From contig JBEKGO010000002.1 of assembly GCA_050012755.1 (NCBI GenBank), positions 96,735 to 160,734 of the forward strand: 64,000 bases of DNA. The letters are read 5' to 3'. Origin of the DNA: Candidatus Bathyarchaeia archaeon. Lineage in GTDB: Archaea > Thermoproteota > Bathyarchaeia > Bathyarchaeales > Bathycorpusculaceae. The notes beneath the pieces are model-generated. The model was not told where the DNA came from and ran no database searches. It saw nothing but the letters and a program-made list of their open reading frames with translations. Below, in pieces: positions 10,494 through 20,544 of this stretch. Both the position numbers and the translations under genes were made by a program. The first letter of the stretch is position 1; each line of letters starts with the position of its first letter.

Positions 10494-12165
10494 CTTGTTC
10501 TACCTCCTTTTCCCGGAAGATTTTCTGATAGAATTCCTTTGGTCTTGCGTAGTATTCAGAAATTATTGCGGCCACTTCTTTGTAACTTCGGATTTTTTGT
10601 TGCCCCATCCAGCGTAAAACGTTGCTGCGTTGCTTCATTTCTTCTATTAGCTGCTCACGTGTTATTCCAAGTCGCTCAGAAATGTTAGTAAGTAGAAAGC
10701 TAGAATTCAGATCTATGATTTGTTGGTCTTTTATGGGATCCCATTTGAAGGGATTCACGTATTTTTCAGCGTCGATAATTTCGTTAACCGAAAGGACACG
10801 GCGGAAAGCTTTCTTTACTCCTTTTTTAACTAATTGAACTCGTTGAACAGACATCACTATGTTCATTAATGGTATGTAAGCTGGTGAAATATCCATAGGC
10901 TTTTGGGTGAGACGTCTGATGGCTGATTGCACGTTTTCTGCGTGCATAGTACACATACCTCCGTGACCTGTTGCGAGAGCCTGAAACAGAACGTACGCTT
11001 CTTGGCCTCTAACCTCACCCACAATCATAAGGTCGGGGCGGTGTCTCATGCAAGTCTTCACTAAGTCGAAGAGCGCGACTTCGCCAACGCTGCTACCGCC
11101 TAAACCGTAACTTTGCCTTGCAATAAGCGAGACCCAGTTTTCACTTGAGAGATTTAGTTCGGCGGTTTCTTCAATTGTCATAATTTTGCTGCCGGGTTTA
11201 ATCAAACAGCCCAAAGCATTTAGAGCAGTGGTTTTGCCTGCCGCTGTGCCACCGAGAACCATAACGGAAGCCCGATTTTCAAGGCAAATCCAAAGGTAGG
11301 CAGCCATTTCCTCTGTGAAAGTACCGATGTTGATAAGATCGATGATTGAATAAGGATCGTCTCGGAACTTTCGGATGGTGAAGGCTGTACCAAATGGAGT
11401 AATTTCTCGCCGATAAGCTACTGCCAGTCGGTGTTTTCCTGGAAGTGAGGCGTCTACGATGGGGAAAGCAGAACTAACGTGCTTTCCCGCCATGTGAACT
11501 AGTTTACCGACCAAGTTGTCAAGATCTTCATCACTTTCAAATCTGACGTTTGTTTCGATGCTTTCAAAGTTGCGATGCCAAATGTAGAGTGACTTCTCTA
11601 CTCCGTCGCAAGAAATGTCTTCAATGTTTGGGTCGCGCATTAATGGGTCGATTTTGCCAAAGCCGACAAGATCTCGTTCTGCATAATAGAGAATTTTGTA
11701 CCATGAGACATCAGGCAACCAGCCTAAACTAATTCTGTATTTGTCAACTATTTTTTTTGCCGCTTCAGCGAAGAATTTCCTGGGATCTTTGATTTCTTCT
11801 TTTGGTGATTCAATTTCGGCAAGTAACATATCTATTATGCGGTTGTATATTCCTCGTTCCATTAGATCAAGTTGAAGCTCATCCAGAATGTATTTGTGCT
11901 CACCTGTTTTGGGGTCTTGAACTATTATTACTTGGGCAAAAGGCTCGTATAATGGGTATTTGTCTATTATTTTGATTCCTTTGGGTAAAGTTGGTGTGGA
12001 CGAGGCTATTGTTTCTATTTCAGGTTTTTTCTTCTTGAAAGTTATGTTAATTTTTGGTAGTTGGAATTTCGATTTCTTTGTTTTGATGTTTGTTTTATTT
12101 TCTGTTAGTTTTTTTGGTTTATCGATGGATTTGTGGAATCTTTCTTTGAGGCTTTGTTTTGGCAT
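10471..12165 (-). CDS. Type II/IV secretion system ATPase (FlaI/TadA/VirB11 family)
   Basis: Walker A GGTAAGKTT, IEETAEL, RHRPDLMIVGEVRG, ATGHGGMCTMHA. Confidence 0.95.
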   Translation of the reverse strand: MPKQSLKERFHKSIDKPKKLTENKTNIKTKKSKFQLPKINITFKKKKPEIETIASSTPTLPKGIKIIDKYPLYEPFAQVIIVQDPKTGEHKYILDELQLDLMERGIYNRIIDMLLAEIESPKEEIKDPRKFFAEAAKKIVDKYRISLGWLPDVSWYKILYYAERDLVGFGKIDPLMRDPNIEDISCDGVEKSLYIWHRNFESIETNVRFESDEDLDNLVGKLVHMAGKHVSSAFPIVDASLPGKHRLAVAYRREITPFGTAFTIRKFRDDPYSIIDLINIGTFTEEMAAYLWICLENRASVMVLGGTAAGKTTALNALGCLIKPGSKIMTIEETAELNLSSENWVSLIARQSYGLGGSSVGEVALFDLVKTCMRHRPDLMIVGEVRGQEAYVLFQALATGHGGMCTMHAENVQSAIRRLTQKPMDISPAYIPLMNIVMSVQRVQLVKKGVKKAFRRVLSVNEIIDAEKYVNPFKWDPIKDQQIIDLNSSFLLTNISERLGITREQLIEEMKQRSNVLRWMGQQKIRSYKEVAAIISEYYARPKEFYQKIFREKEVEQVAVVREA

Positions 12166-12355
12166 TGTTGGTCAGTAATTAGGAGTACTAATTCTTAGGC
12201 TTATTAAGTATTATGTCTTCATACACGCTAATGTTGAAGCGTTGAACACCTATACAAGAACCGGCAATAAATGTTAAACCGTATTACACCAACAAAACAA
12301 TTTTAAACCAATAAAACATGACATTACACAAACACGTTAGCGGAAGAATAAAAAG

Positions 12356-13051
12356 TTGAACCAAATAACGAAAATCATCAACCAAGCAAAAAAAGAGGGC
12401 AGAAAAGCTCTCCTCGAACCCGAAGCCAAAACAATCTGTACAGAATACGGCATCCCAGTCACCAAATTCAAAGTCGCATCAAACCAAAAAGAAGCATCAA
12501 AATTTGCTGACGAAATCGGTTATCCAGTTGTCCTGAAAATTGTTTCCCCAGACATAATCCACAAGTCAGACGCTGGAGGAGTAATAGTTAACCTGAAAAC
12601 CCCAGACGAAGTCACCTCAGGCTATAGCAAAATTTTGGAAAACGTTAAGAAATATAAAGCAGACGCGAAAATTGTGGGCGTTCTAGTGCAGGAGATGGCG
12701 CCAAATTCAACTGAGGTCATCGTTGGAGCAATCAAAGACCCGCAGTTTGGGCAGACAATAATGTTTGGTTTAGGCGGAATATTTGTTGAAGTCCTCAAAG
12801 ATGTTAACTTTAGAATTGCGCCCTTAAACGATGATGACGCAAGAGAAATGATTACTGAGCTAAAGGCTTATCCGCTTTTGAAGGGTTTCCGAAACACACC
12901 TCCTGCAGACATTGAAGCGTTAGTTGGCATACTTTGCAGTACGTCACGTTTAGTCATGGATAACCCAGAAATCAAAGAGTTAGACCTCAACCCAGTTTTG
13001 GCTTATCAGAAAGGCGCAAAAACAGTTGACGCAAGAATAATTTTAGAGTAA
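12356..13051 (+). CDS. acdB: Acetate/acyl-CoA ligase (ADP-forming) beta subunit, ATP-grasp
   Basis: IGYPVVLKIVSPDIIHKSDAGGV, DPQFGQTIMFGLGGIFVE, ELDLNP. Confidence 0.9.
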   Translation: MNQITKIINQAKKEGRKALLEPEAKTICTEYGIPVTKFKVASNQKEASKFADEIGYPVVLKIVSPDIIHKSDAGGVIVNLKTPDEVTSGYSKILENVKKYKADAKIVGVLVQEMAPNSTEVIVGAIKDPQFGQTIMFGLGGIFVEVLKDVNFRIAPLNDDDAREMITELKAYPLLKGFRNTPPADIEALVGILCSTSRLVMDNPEIKELDLNPVLAYQKGAKTVDARIILE

Positions 13052-13100
13052 ATACAACCCAAATTTTATTTTCAAAATAAAAAGGAAAAACAAAAGAAAA

Positions 13101-14393
13101 CTAGGGTTTTTTGGTTAACTCTTCAAGAATTTCTTTAGCTCGGTCAACCCTTACTTTGCGTTCTTTTACCATCCGTTCCGCAACCTTGTCAACCAAGTCG
13201 TCTTTGGCTCCTGCGGTTATTGCGATGTTTCTAGCGTGCAGATTCATGTGACCACGTTGAATTCCTTCATTTGACAGCGCCCTAAGTGCGCCGAGGTTTT
13301 GGGCTAAACCGATGGCCGCTAAGACTTCTGCGAATTCGTTGGCTGATTTGACTCCGAGAATTTTCATGGCTATTCTTGCGATTGGGTGAGTTTTTACTGC
13401 TCCGCCGATTAAGCCTACAGCCATTGGCAACTCAATTACACCTTCTAGGTCGCCGTTTTTGTTTTTTGTCCATTTAGAAATTGTTGTATAAGGTCCGTTT
13501 AACGCGGCGTAGGCGTGAGCTCCAGCCTCAATTGCGCGGTGATCATTGCCTGTGGCTAAAACAACGGCGGTTATCCCGTTCATTGCACCTTTATTGTGCG
13601 TGGCTGCTCGGTATGGGTCGGTTGCCGCAAAAGCTGAAGCATAAGCGATGCCGTCTACGACTGCTTCTCCGCCAAGGGCTTCTTTAGGTACGGTGCACCA
13701 TGCTTTCGCCAGCCGTTTAGTGGCTAAGTTCGAGATTATGCGCAAGTAAACGTGTCCGCCTGTTAACTCCTCAATCATCGGTGCTACTGCTTCTGCCATC
13801 GTGTTAACGGCGTTTGCACCCATGGCATCTCTGCAGTCAACATATAACTCTACAATGACCATTTTTCCCATGGTGGTATCGATGATTTTAGCATCCATGT
13901 CTTTGGCTCCGCCGCCGAAAGAATTCAGGACTGGATCTTGGTCGTTCGCTTTCTTAAGAATTTGAGCTTTAGCGTCCAAAACCTGTTTTTTCGCTACTTT
14001 GGCGTCTTTGATTTTGACCAATTGGATTTGCCCTATCATTACAGGGGCGGTACTGCTGGTGTGGAAGCCTCCGCCATCTCTCACCATTTTGGCGGCGTAG
14101 CTGGCTGCAGCAATCACGCTTGGCTCCTCCGTTGCCATCGGAATAATGTAGTCTATTCCGTTTATTTGGAAGTTAACGCCGACGCCTAAAGGTTCAGGGA
14201 AAACGCCGATAACGTTTTCCACCATATGGTCAACTAAATCTAAAGGTAAAGAACCTGTGTTCTCAAGTAAACGAATTTCTTCATCGGTTAAACCCGCAAA
14301 ATCTTTAATGATTGCTAAACGCTCTTTGAGTGGAAGTTTATAGAAACCTGAGATTACTGATGATTTAGCCATTCTTCTAATCCTCGATTGCAA
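13101..14393 (-). CDS. mvaA: HMG-CoA reductase, class II
   Basis: ENVIG, DAMGANAVNT, ATHNKG and GIQRGHM motifs. Start may be at the nearby MAKSS. Confidence 0.92.
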   Translation of the reverse strand: MQSRIRRMAKSSVISGFYKLPLKERLAIIKDFAGLTDEEIRLLENTGSLPLDLVDHMVENVIGVFPEPLGVGVNFQINGIDYIIPMATEEPSVIAAASYAAKMVRDGGGFHTSSTAPVMIGQIQLVKIKDAKVAKKQVLDAKAQILKKANDQDPVLNSFGGGAKDMDAKIIDTTMGKMVIVELYVDCRDAMGANAVNTMAEAVAPMIEELTGGHVYLRIISNLATKRLAKAWCTVPKEALGGEAVVDGIAYASAFAATDPYRAATHNKGAMNGITAVVLATGNDHRAIEAGAHAYAALNGPYTTISKWTKNKNGDLEGVIELPMAVGLIGGAVKTHPIARIAMKILGVKSANEFAEVLAAIGLAQNLGALRALSNEGIQRGHMNLHARNIAITAGAKDDLVDKVAERMVKERKVRVDRAKEILEELTKKP

Positions 14394-14452
14394 GGACTTA
14401 GTCTGTTTTTTCGCTTTTAAGCTTTAAGCAACGGTTGGCGGAAAAATGGGTT

Positions 14453-15469
14453 TTACAGCGTAGTTTGCCCCGCAGTTCGGGGCATAGCGACTGCGGAAAC
14501 GCCCAGGCGCTTGCGGATTTCCTTCGCTAAAACTACACCATGGCTCCTGTAATTGTCAGTGACAACTTGTTTTGCATGTGAACGCTTAACATATTCGATT
14601 AAGCCGTCAAAATCAGAGTGATCACTTAGGGCAACCAAGAATTCTCTATCTCCGATTTGCCGGCAGGGTGCACTGAATTCCCAGCCGCTGACGCAAATGC
14701 GTGAATTATTCAAACCCACATGTTGGCGAGAATTCATGTGGTAAAATGCTACACATGGAAGATTACCGTCCAATAGTTCACGTCCATCTTCGTCAGTGGA
14801 AAGTGAGAGGCAGCCAAGATCCATTCCATGTTGTTCGCAAACCTTAGTTACTTTGTAAACCCTCTCAGGCATTACAAATGGAACTGAAACATCGGCTTTT
14901 CTGAGAAGTTTCATGATTTCTTGAAGCTTTCCATGGTAACCGAAGACATAAACTGTGCCGCCTCGCAAGCGTTTCTCAATCATAGAAACCAACAGTTCCC
15001 GAACATCCACCCCAAAATTCCGTCTAAATGATGGGCTTCCGTATGTTGCTTCAACGACGAGAATATCACATTCGACAACAGGTGTGTCGTCAATTCTGAA
15101 GTCGCCTGTGTAAGCAATTCTTATTCCACCTGCATCCTCGACTAATACTTGAGCTGCACCCAAAATATGGTCTGCTTTGATAAGAGTAATTTTTTCGTCG
15201 CCGTACTTGATGGCTTTTCCATATTCCATGGTTTTTACTGGAGTCCCATGAAGATTAAGTGAGCCGTCAAGGGTTTCCGCAAGGTCTCTTGTGGCTTTAG
15301 TCATAAAAACTTTCTCGCAGCACTTCAAGCTTTTCCGTAAACCGCCAAGGTGATCTGCGTGGGCATGAGTTACAATCCGCAAGGGCCTAGAATCATCGAA
15401 AGCGTCACATGCAACACTGTCACCTAACAATACAGCACCGTTTTTAGTGACCTTCGCCCTTGCGGACAA
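14453..15469 (-). CDS. MBL-fold/beta-CASP nuclease-like protein
   Basis: THAHADH, ADHILGAAQ, YTGDF and SDHSDF motifs. Start moved to the TTG after a GAGG SD. Confidence 0.8.
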   Translation of the reverse strand: MSARAKVTKNGAVLLGDSVACDAFDDSRPLRIVTHAHADHLGGLRKSLKCCEKVFMTKATRDLAETLDGSLNLHGTPVKTMEYGKAIKYGDEKITLIKADHILGAAQVLVEDAGGIRIAYTGDFRIDDTPVVECDILVVEATYGSPSFRRNFGVDVRELLVSMIEKRLRGGTVYVFGYHGKLQEIMKLLRKADVSVPFVMPERVYKVTKVCEQHGMDLGCLSLSTDEDGRELLDGNLPCVAFYHMNSRQHVGLNNSRICVSGWEFSAPCRQIGDREFLVALSDHSDFDGLIEYVKRSHAKQVVTDNYRSHGVVLAKEIRKRLGVSAVAMPRTAGQTTL

Positions 15470-15480
15470 CAGTAATCCTC

Positions 15481-15885
15481 TTACCTTCCGGTTTTTTCGG
15501 CAAGCCACTCGATGAGCCCTTGCGGATTGCCGGTTTCAATAGTAACCTTTATTGGGCCTAGTGGTGACTCAGCTGTTTCCTCACAAAAAGAGATGTGCCC
15601 TGCAAATGCTACCTGCTTGTTTAGGCAAAACCTTACCGTGTTGCCTCTTGTGCTGCGAAAAAGCGCTTTTCTAGATGCATCACGAACTCTGTCACAGCGC
15701 ATAATGTTGCGCAGTTTAACCAAAGATTCTTGTCCTTTAGCTTCAGCAATCAAAATGTTTACTTTGTCCTCGGTCTTGATTGTCATCGAAGCGTTGCCTA
15801 GAATGTTAGCTACTGCTGCTTTGACTTTTTCCTCGCTTTCAGTCGGATAAATTTCGGCTTCCACATTAACATTTACTTCATCCAT
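15481..15885 (-). CDS. UPF0201/DUF54 RNA-binding protein
   Basis: AEIYPTESEEKV, LNKQVAFAGHISF and SPLGPI motifs; usual neighbour of the archaeal dephospho-CoA kinase-like gene. Confidence 0.85.
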   Translation of the reverse strand: MDEVNVNVEAEIYPTESEEKVKAAVANILGNASMTIKTEDKVNILIAEAKGQESLVKLRNIMRCDRVRDASRKALFRSTRGNTVRFCLNKQVAFAGHISFCEETAESPLGPIKVTIETGNPQGLIEWLAEKTGR

Positions 15886-16439
15886 TTCCGCTCAATCCTC
15901 CTCAAAGCCTCTGCAATCCTAGCCTTAACCTCTTCAACACCGACATCGTTAATTATCATCTGTTCAGCCATCGCAATCACGTTGCCTAAGCCAACGCTGA
16001 GTTCACGCATATCCCGTTCATGAAAGACTGCCCAACCGTTTGAATCGTCGCTTCGACGACGGTTAGAGAGTCGGGTAAACCTTGTTTCTGGAGATGCGTG
16101 AACAGCGGCTATGCTGAATTTTGCAAAATGAGTTTTGAAAGCTTCAACTTCATGAAGGCTTCTTAAACCGTCAATTAGTACTTTATTTTTTTCTTGTATT
16201 TCGATTTTTGGAATGCATTTTTGAGCAACCACTGTGACGCCTCCGTCGGCTCTAAGTTGAAGCATAACTTTTCCCACGTTCGCCGGTGTTAAATCTAAGC
16301 CAAGCTTCAAGGTTTCCTCTCTAATAACGTCTCCCATAATCACAATGTCGTAGCCTAATTCCCGTGCAGTTTCAACGACTAGAGATTTGCCTGAACCCGG
16401 CATCCCGGCTAAACCCACAACTATTTTGTCACCGCTCAT
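15873..16439 (-). CDS. UPF0200 dephospho-CoA kinase-like P-loop kinase
   Basis: GLAGMPGSGKS, MGDVIREE, IDGLRS, RDMREL. Confidence 0.85.
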   Translation of the reverse strand: MSGDKIVVGLAGMPGSGKSLVVETARELGYDIVIMGDVIREETLKLGLDLTPANVGKVMLQLRADGGVTVVAQKCIPKIEIQEKNKVLIDGLRSLHEVEAFKTHFAKFSIAAVHASPETRFTRLSNRRRSDDSNGWAVFHERDMRELSVGLGNVIAMAEQMIINDVGVEEVKARIAEALRRIERKWMK

Positions 16440-16661
16440 AACTAACCCCTTTTTTGGTTCTATTACGGTAACTTCCATTAAAGACTATCCATAAACAAAG
16501 TCAGCGATTCCGTAGAGATTAGTGTTCGCAGCGTACCCTGAGGAGCCTATGTCTTCCTCTATGCTCTTAAGAATTTTTGCGCCATAACTGGCTCATTAGG
16601 CTTAGTGTGCAGTTCAGACTTGAAATTTTGGGTTGATATTTAAATCAGTAACACCTATTGC

Positions 16662-16683
16662 CAACGGGGAGATGAAACCGTTG
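16662..16683 (-). terminator. Short hairpin just downstream of the KH gene
   Basis: CAACGG-N10-CCGTTG inverted repeat, 2 nt past the stop codon. Confidence 0.3.
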
Positions 16684-16685
16684 AC

Positions 16686-17261
16686 TTACTTTTCCTGCGG
16701 TTTTTCCCATAGCTGAAGTTTCTGTTTCTTAAGTTCAGTTCGTTTCTTCTGTAAATAATTGTAAACCGTATGATGCTCGCAACCCTCAACAATCATCTGA
16801 ACAGCGTTTCTTGCGGCGTTGGCTTCTTCAAAACTGCCGATTATCCCCACAGTGTGACCATAAACAACTACGTCAGCCTCAGTTAACTCTTCAATCAGCT
16901 TTCTTGTTTTGCCCTCTGCACCGATGATTCTGCCTTTTATACGTTTAATATCTGATTCTGAACGCCCAAAAATCACCCGTAAATCTATCATGTGGAAAAT
17001 GTCATCTTCGTTGCGTATCAAACGGAAAGCTGTTTCAGGAGGGAACCCTCTGCCGATTGCAGTTACAACATCTTTAGCTTTTAGCAATAAAGAGGGATCC
17101 TTTGATGTTTCCAAAAGAACGAGGGTGACGCTTCCTTCAGTGTCAATTTCAAGTTTGACCTCAAGTTTCTCTTCGATGTACCTCTTAACTTTACCTTCTG
17201 GACCAATAAGTATGCCAATGCGTTCTTTTGGAATTTTTACAAACATGTCTGGACGGGACAT
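16686..17261 (-). CDS. KH-domain rRNA processing protein (Dim2/Pno1/Krr1)
   Basis: IGILIGPEGK, AIGRGF, KGRIIGAEGKTR; conserved rio1-dim2 context. Confidence 0.92.
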   Translation of the reverse strand: MSRPDMFVKIPKERIGILIGPEGKVKRYIEEKLEVKLEIDTEGSVTLVLLETSKDPSLLLKAKDVVTAIGRGFPPETAFRLIRNEDDIFHMIDLRVIFGRSESDIKRIKGRIIGAEGKTRKLIEELTEADVVVYGHTVGIIGSFEEANAARNAVQMIVEGCEHHTVYNYLQKKRTELKKQKLQLWEKPQEK

Positions 17262-18055
17262 TATTTACCAACAACCATTTTATGAAATTCTTCAATTGGA
17301 ATAACTCTAACATTTAACCTACTAAAGAACCTATTTACGTTCGCTAAATCTCTGCGCAACATAAAATCTGCCATGGGATGCTGGGTTGAAACGGATTGGG
17401 ATACGTCAAAAACCACGGGTCTGCCTTTCCACATCATAATGTTGTATTCGCTCAGGTCACCATGGACAATTCTGGCTTTTTGGTAGAGACGCTTTAGGTA
17501 AGTGACTAGAATTTTATAGACTTTTTCAGGGTTATTTGGCGACTGCTCCTTCAGCGAGGGCGCACTAACCCCTTCCTTACCTATAAACTCCATAACCACA
17601 ACATTACTTTTGACTGCTATGGGTTTTGGCACATGGACCTTTGCCGCGTAAGCGTCCCCTAAATTCCGAAATTCCTTCTGCGCCCAAACAGCAATCAATG
17701 AACGTGTATCATGTTTAACGTCTTTGAAGCGTGGGTCACCTTCAATGTATTTGTGCATGCCTCTTTTAAATTCGGCAGAGGAGGTTAAGTAAATCTTTAC
17801 TGCTAAATCCGTGCCTTCTTTGTTCGTAGCCCAGTAAACGCGAGCTTCCTTGCCTGAACTAACAACGCCATTGAGCTCATAGAACACACCGCTGTTGAGC
17901 AAGTCAAAGACAACCATGCGTGTGGTTTGGTCAAAAACCTCTTCCACGGTTGCGCGTTCTTTTGTCATGTCGTGGACGAGCATTTTGTCTCTTCTTTCGA
18001 TTCTTCTTTCGTTGTGCGCAAGGCGTTCTTGAGCTTTTCTAGACATTCTATTCAA
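17261..18055 (-). CDS. rio1: RIO1 serine/threonine kinase
   Basis: SSGKEARVY, WAQKEFRNL, VHGDLSEYNI, FDVSQ. Confidence 0.95.
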   Translation of the reverse strand: MNRMSRKAQERLAHNERRIERRDKMLVHDMTKERATVEEVFDQTTRMVVFDLLNSGVFYELNGVVSSGKEARVYWATNKEGTDLAVKIYLTSSAEFKRGMHKYIEGDPRFKDVKHDTRSLIAVWAQKEFRNLGDAYAAKVHVPKPIAVKSNVVVMEFIGKEGVSAPSLKEQSPNNPEKVYKILVTYLKRLYQKARIVHGDLSEYNIMMWKGRPVVFDVSQSVSTQHPMADFMLRRDLANVNRFFSRLNVRVIPIEEFHKMVVGK

Positions 18056-18157
18056 GCATTCTAACTGCTTCAGGGTATTTAAAACCGATCAAACAAGAAA
18101 GCCCTAGTGCCAAGCTAACAATCGTATGATAATAAAATTGAGCGCTAAAGTAGAAGA

Positions 18158-18463
18158 TTAAAGGGTTAAAATGCCCTTGCGTCTCAGCGTGTCAGCTTGG
18201 CCGTGTGTGTAACGCCAAACAACGTCGCCGCGTTTATCGGTTTGGAATTCCCAGGGTGAAACAATAACGATGTCTCCTTCTCGAATCCAAACACGTCTTT
18301 TCATTTTTCCGCGAATACGGCATAAACGTTCAGCGCCATCTTGACATTTAACTAGAATGCGGTCGAATCCAAGCAGTTTAACAACTACGCCTAAGACTTC
18401 GCCTTGTCCAGGATAAACTAGTTCGCCGATTGCGCCTTCGCTTAATACTTTTTTCTTTCCCAA
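18158..18463 (-). CDS. eif1a: Translation initiation factor aIF-1A
   Basis: RLCRIRGKMKRRVWIREGDIVIVSPW. Start moved to the TTG at 18463 after GAGGT. Confidence 0.95.
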   Translation of the reverse strand: MGKKKVLSEGAIGELVYPGQGEVLGVVVKLLGFDRILVKCQDGAERLCRIRGKMKRRVWIREGDIVIVSPWEFQTDKRGDVVWRYTHGQADTLRRKGILTL

Positions 18464-18699
18464 ACAGTAAACCTCTGCTACAGATATTTGAAAACAATTG
18501 CTTTTCGTGCTTAAAAGCGTGTTCGTTAACCTAACAGATTTCACAGCAAAAATTTGTATTTTGCAAAATTAAAACTGAATGTTTTAGCTATTTTACGGTA
18601 TTTTTACGCTAACAAATAGCTACCTCTTCCCAATCGGTTCAAAAGCCATTTATGATTCTCGGCCAACAATAATACCAGGACTCTCTTTGAATTGTCTGG

Positions 18700-19284
18700 G
18701 TGTCATTGATGATTGTTGGAGCTGTTGTGTTAGCGGCTGGAAAATCCGAAAGAATGGGGAAAAACAATTTTCTTTCAAGTTTGAATGGCAAAACATTAAT
18801 TGAGAATATTTTGGATGCGTTGACAGTTGTTGGCATAAATGAGCAGGTGGTTGTTTTGGGAAATAAACTTGAGGAGATTGTTGAAGTTATAAAGCCGAGG
18901 CTTGGCAAGGTCAAGATTGCGTTAAATTTAGACGGCGAGACTGGGATTATTCCTTTTTTTCAAACAGGGCTTATGGTACTTTCAAAGGTTGACGCGGCGT
19001 TTTTGGTTCTTGGCGACCAACCAATTATAAACTCAAATCTTCTAACGACGATGATTCAGAAGATGGAAAACGATGCAGACGCGTTAATAGTGAGCCCGAT
19101 TCACAACGGCGAGAAAGGACACCCACTGCTTTTTAGAAGGCAACTGTTCATCGAAATACTCAGCCTTAAAGACTCACAGACTATCGGCGACGTGGTTCAT
19201 GCCCATGCTGATAAATTGTTAACGGTTGAGGCGCCAGCGTGGACTATAATAGATATTGATACGTCCGAAAAATACCCGCAGTAA
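18700..19284 (+). CDS. MobA/MocA-like nucleotidyltransferase
   Basis: VLAAGKSERMG, LGDQP, GHPLLF, DIDT. Confidence 0.85.
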   Translation: MSLMIVGAVVLAAGKSERMGKNNFLSSLNGKTLIENILDALTVVGINEQVVVLGNKLEEIVEVIKPRLGKVKIALNLDGETGIIPFFQTGLMVLSKVDAAFLVLGDQPIINSNLLTTMIQKMENDADALIVSPIHNGEKGHPLLFRRQLFIEILSLKDSQTIGDVVHAHADKLLTVEAPAWTIIDIDTSEKYPQ

Positions 19285-19342
19285 TACTAATGTAAGTTTA
19301 AATGCTGACACCGGATAATCATTTTAATGGTGCATCCGTAAA

Positions 19343-20158
19343 GTGTCATACGTCTTCAACATACCATATCGAAAAAACGCCAAACTCAAACAGGTAATGG
19401 AACGAATAAAAGAAGATAAGAAACTTCAAACTTATTGGAAATGCGCTAACGTAATGGCTATAGAACGCATGGGCTACACTGACCACGGTCCAACACATGT
19501 TAAAATCGTATCTAACATTGCACTGAGACTTTTGCGCATTCTCATCGAAAAAAACCTCATCACCCCTAGCATAGTTGAAAGCTATAAAATGCAAAACGAC
19601 GATGCCGAAGTAGTTGTTGTTTTAGGCGCAATCTTTCACGATCTAGGTATGATTGTGCAACGATATAATCACGAAAAATATAGTGCAACTTTAGCTTTGG
19701 AATTTCTTGAAAAATGTTTAACTCCAACATACAACGAGGAGCAACAGGCAATAATCACATCGGAGGTTCTGCATGCAATAGTTTCCCACGAACAGCCACC
19801 AAGCAATGAGTCAACCCATAGAATATTAACCAAAGAAGCTGGCATTGTGGGCATTGCAGATGCATTAGACATGGAAGCGGGAAGAGCACGAATACCCTTC
19901 CAAGCGGGAAAAATAGACATCCACGCAGTCTCAGCACTATCCATTGAAAAAGTTGAAGTAGAATGCGTTGATAACGCCAAAAACGGAGAAAAACCAATCA
20001 ACATAAAAATAAAAATGTCAAACTCCGCAGGCGTATTTCAAATTGACGAGCTTCTTAAGCCAAGAATCGTCAATTCAGGGCTGGAACAGTTCTTTCATGT
20101 AATAGCAGAAATCACAGGCGAAAAAGAAAACAGGATCATCGAGAAATTCGAAATCTAA
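19343..20158 (+). CDS. HD-domain phosphohydrolase
   Basis: TDHGPTH, FHDLG, IADALD. Confidence 0.85.
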   Translation: MSYVFNIPYRKNAKLKQVMERIKEDKKLQTYWKCANVMAIERMGYTDHGPTHVKIVSNIALRLLRILIEKNLITPSIVESYKMQNDDAEVVVVLGAIFHDLGMIVQRYNHEKYSATLALEFLEKCLTPTYNEEQQAIITSEVLHAIVSHEQPPSNESTHRILTKEAGIVGIADALDMEAGRARIPFQAGKIDIHAVSALSIEKVEVECVDNAKNGEKPINIKIKMSNSAGVFQIDELLKPRIVNSGLEQFFHVIAEITGEKENRIIEKFEI

Positions 20159-20179
20159 AATTTTTGAGGCAACCAACAA

Positions 20180-20527
20180 TTGATTCATAAATATGATGTT
20201 GTGGTTGTTGGCGGTAGAATCGCAGGGTTGTACAGTGCTTTAATTGCGTCGGAACATTGCGGAGTTGCTGCTTGTCCGGTCATCCTAGAGCAAGAACCAA
20301 AATTTATCGGTCCGGCAGCCATCTTGAGAGCACAAAAGTACATATTTGATTCTCGAAGAAGTGATGCATCCGAGCGTATGGATGTTATGGAGAAGCCCTA
20401 TGGAATTTGGGGTTGCAAAAGCTACTATATGTGCACAGTTGTGTGTCCAAAGAAAATTAAAGTAACCGAGCAGATAATAAAGACCAAGAAGAAAATTATT
20501 CAGGAACTTCATCCTGAAAGCAGGTAA
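20180..20527 (+). pseudogene. In-frame chimera of SdhA/FrdA N-terminus and SdhB/FrdB C-terminus
   Basis: HKYDVVVVGGRIAGLYSAL (FAD-binding start, GxGxxG degraded) is joined directly to ACP..FIGPAAI....KYIFDSR...GIWGCKSYYMCTVVCPKKI (SdhB Fe-S C-terminus). Confidence 0.75.
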
Positions 20528-20544
20528 AGAGAGGCAAAAAGAAA

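Noticed and set aside
8766-12165. Archaellum (flaI/flaJ) operon
   Set aside because: No flaH, flaF, flaG or canonical archaellin in the window; the gene set fits a pilus-like system better.
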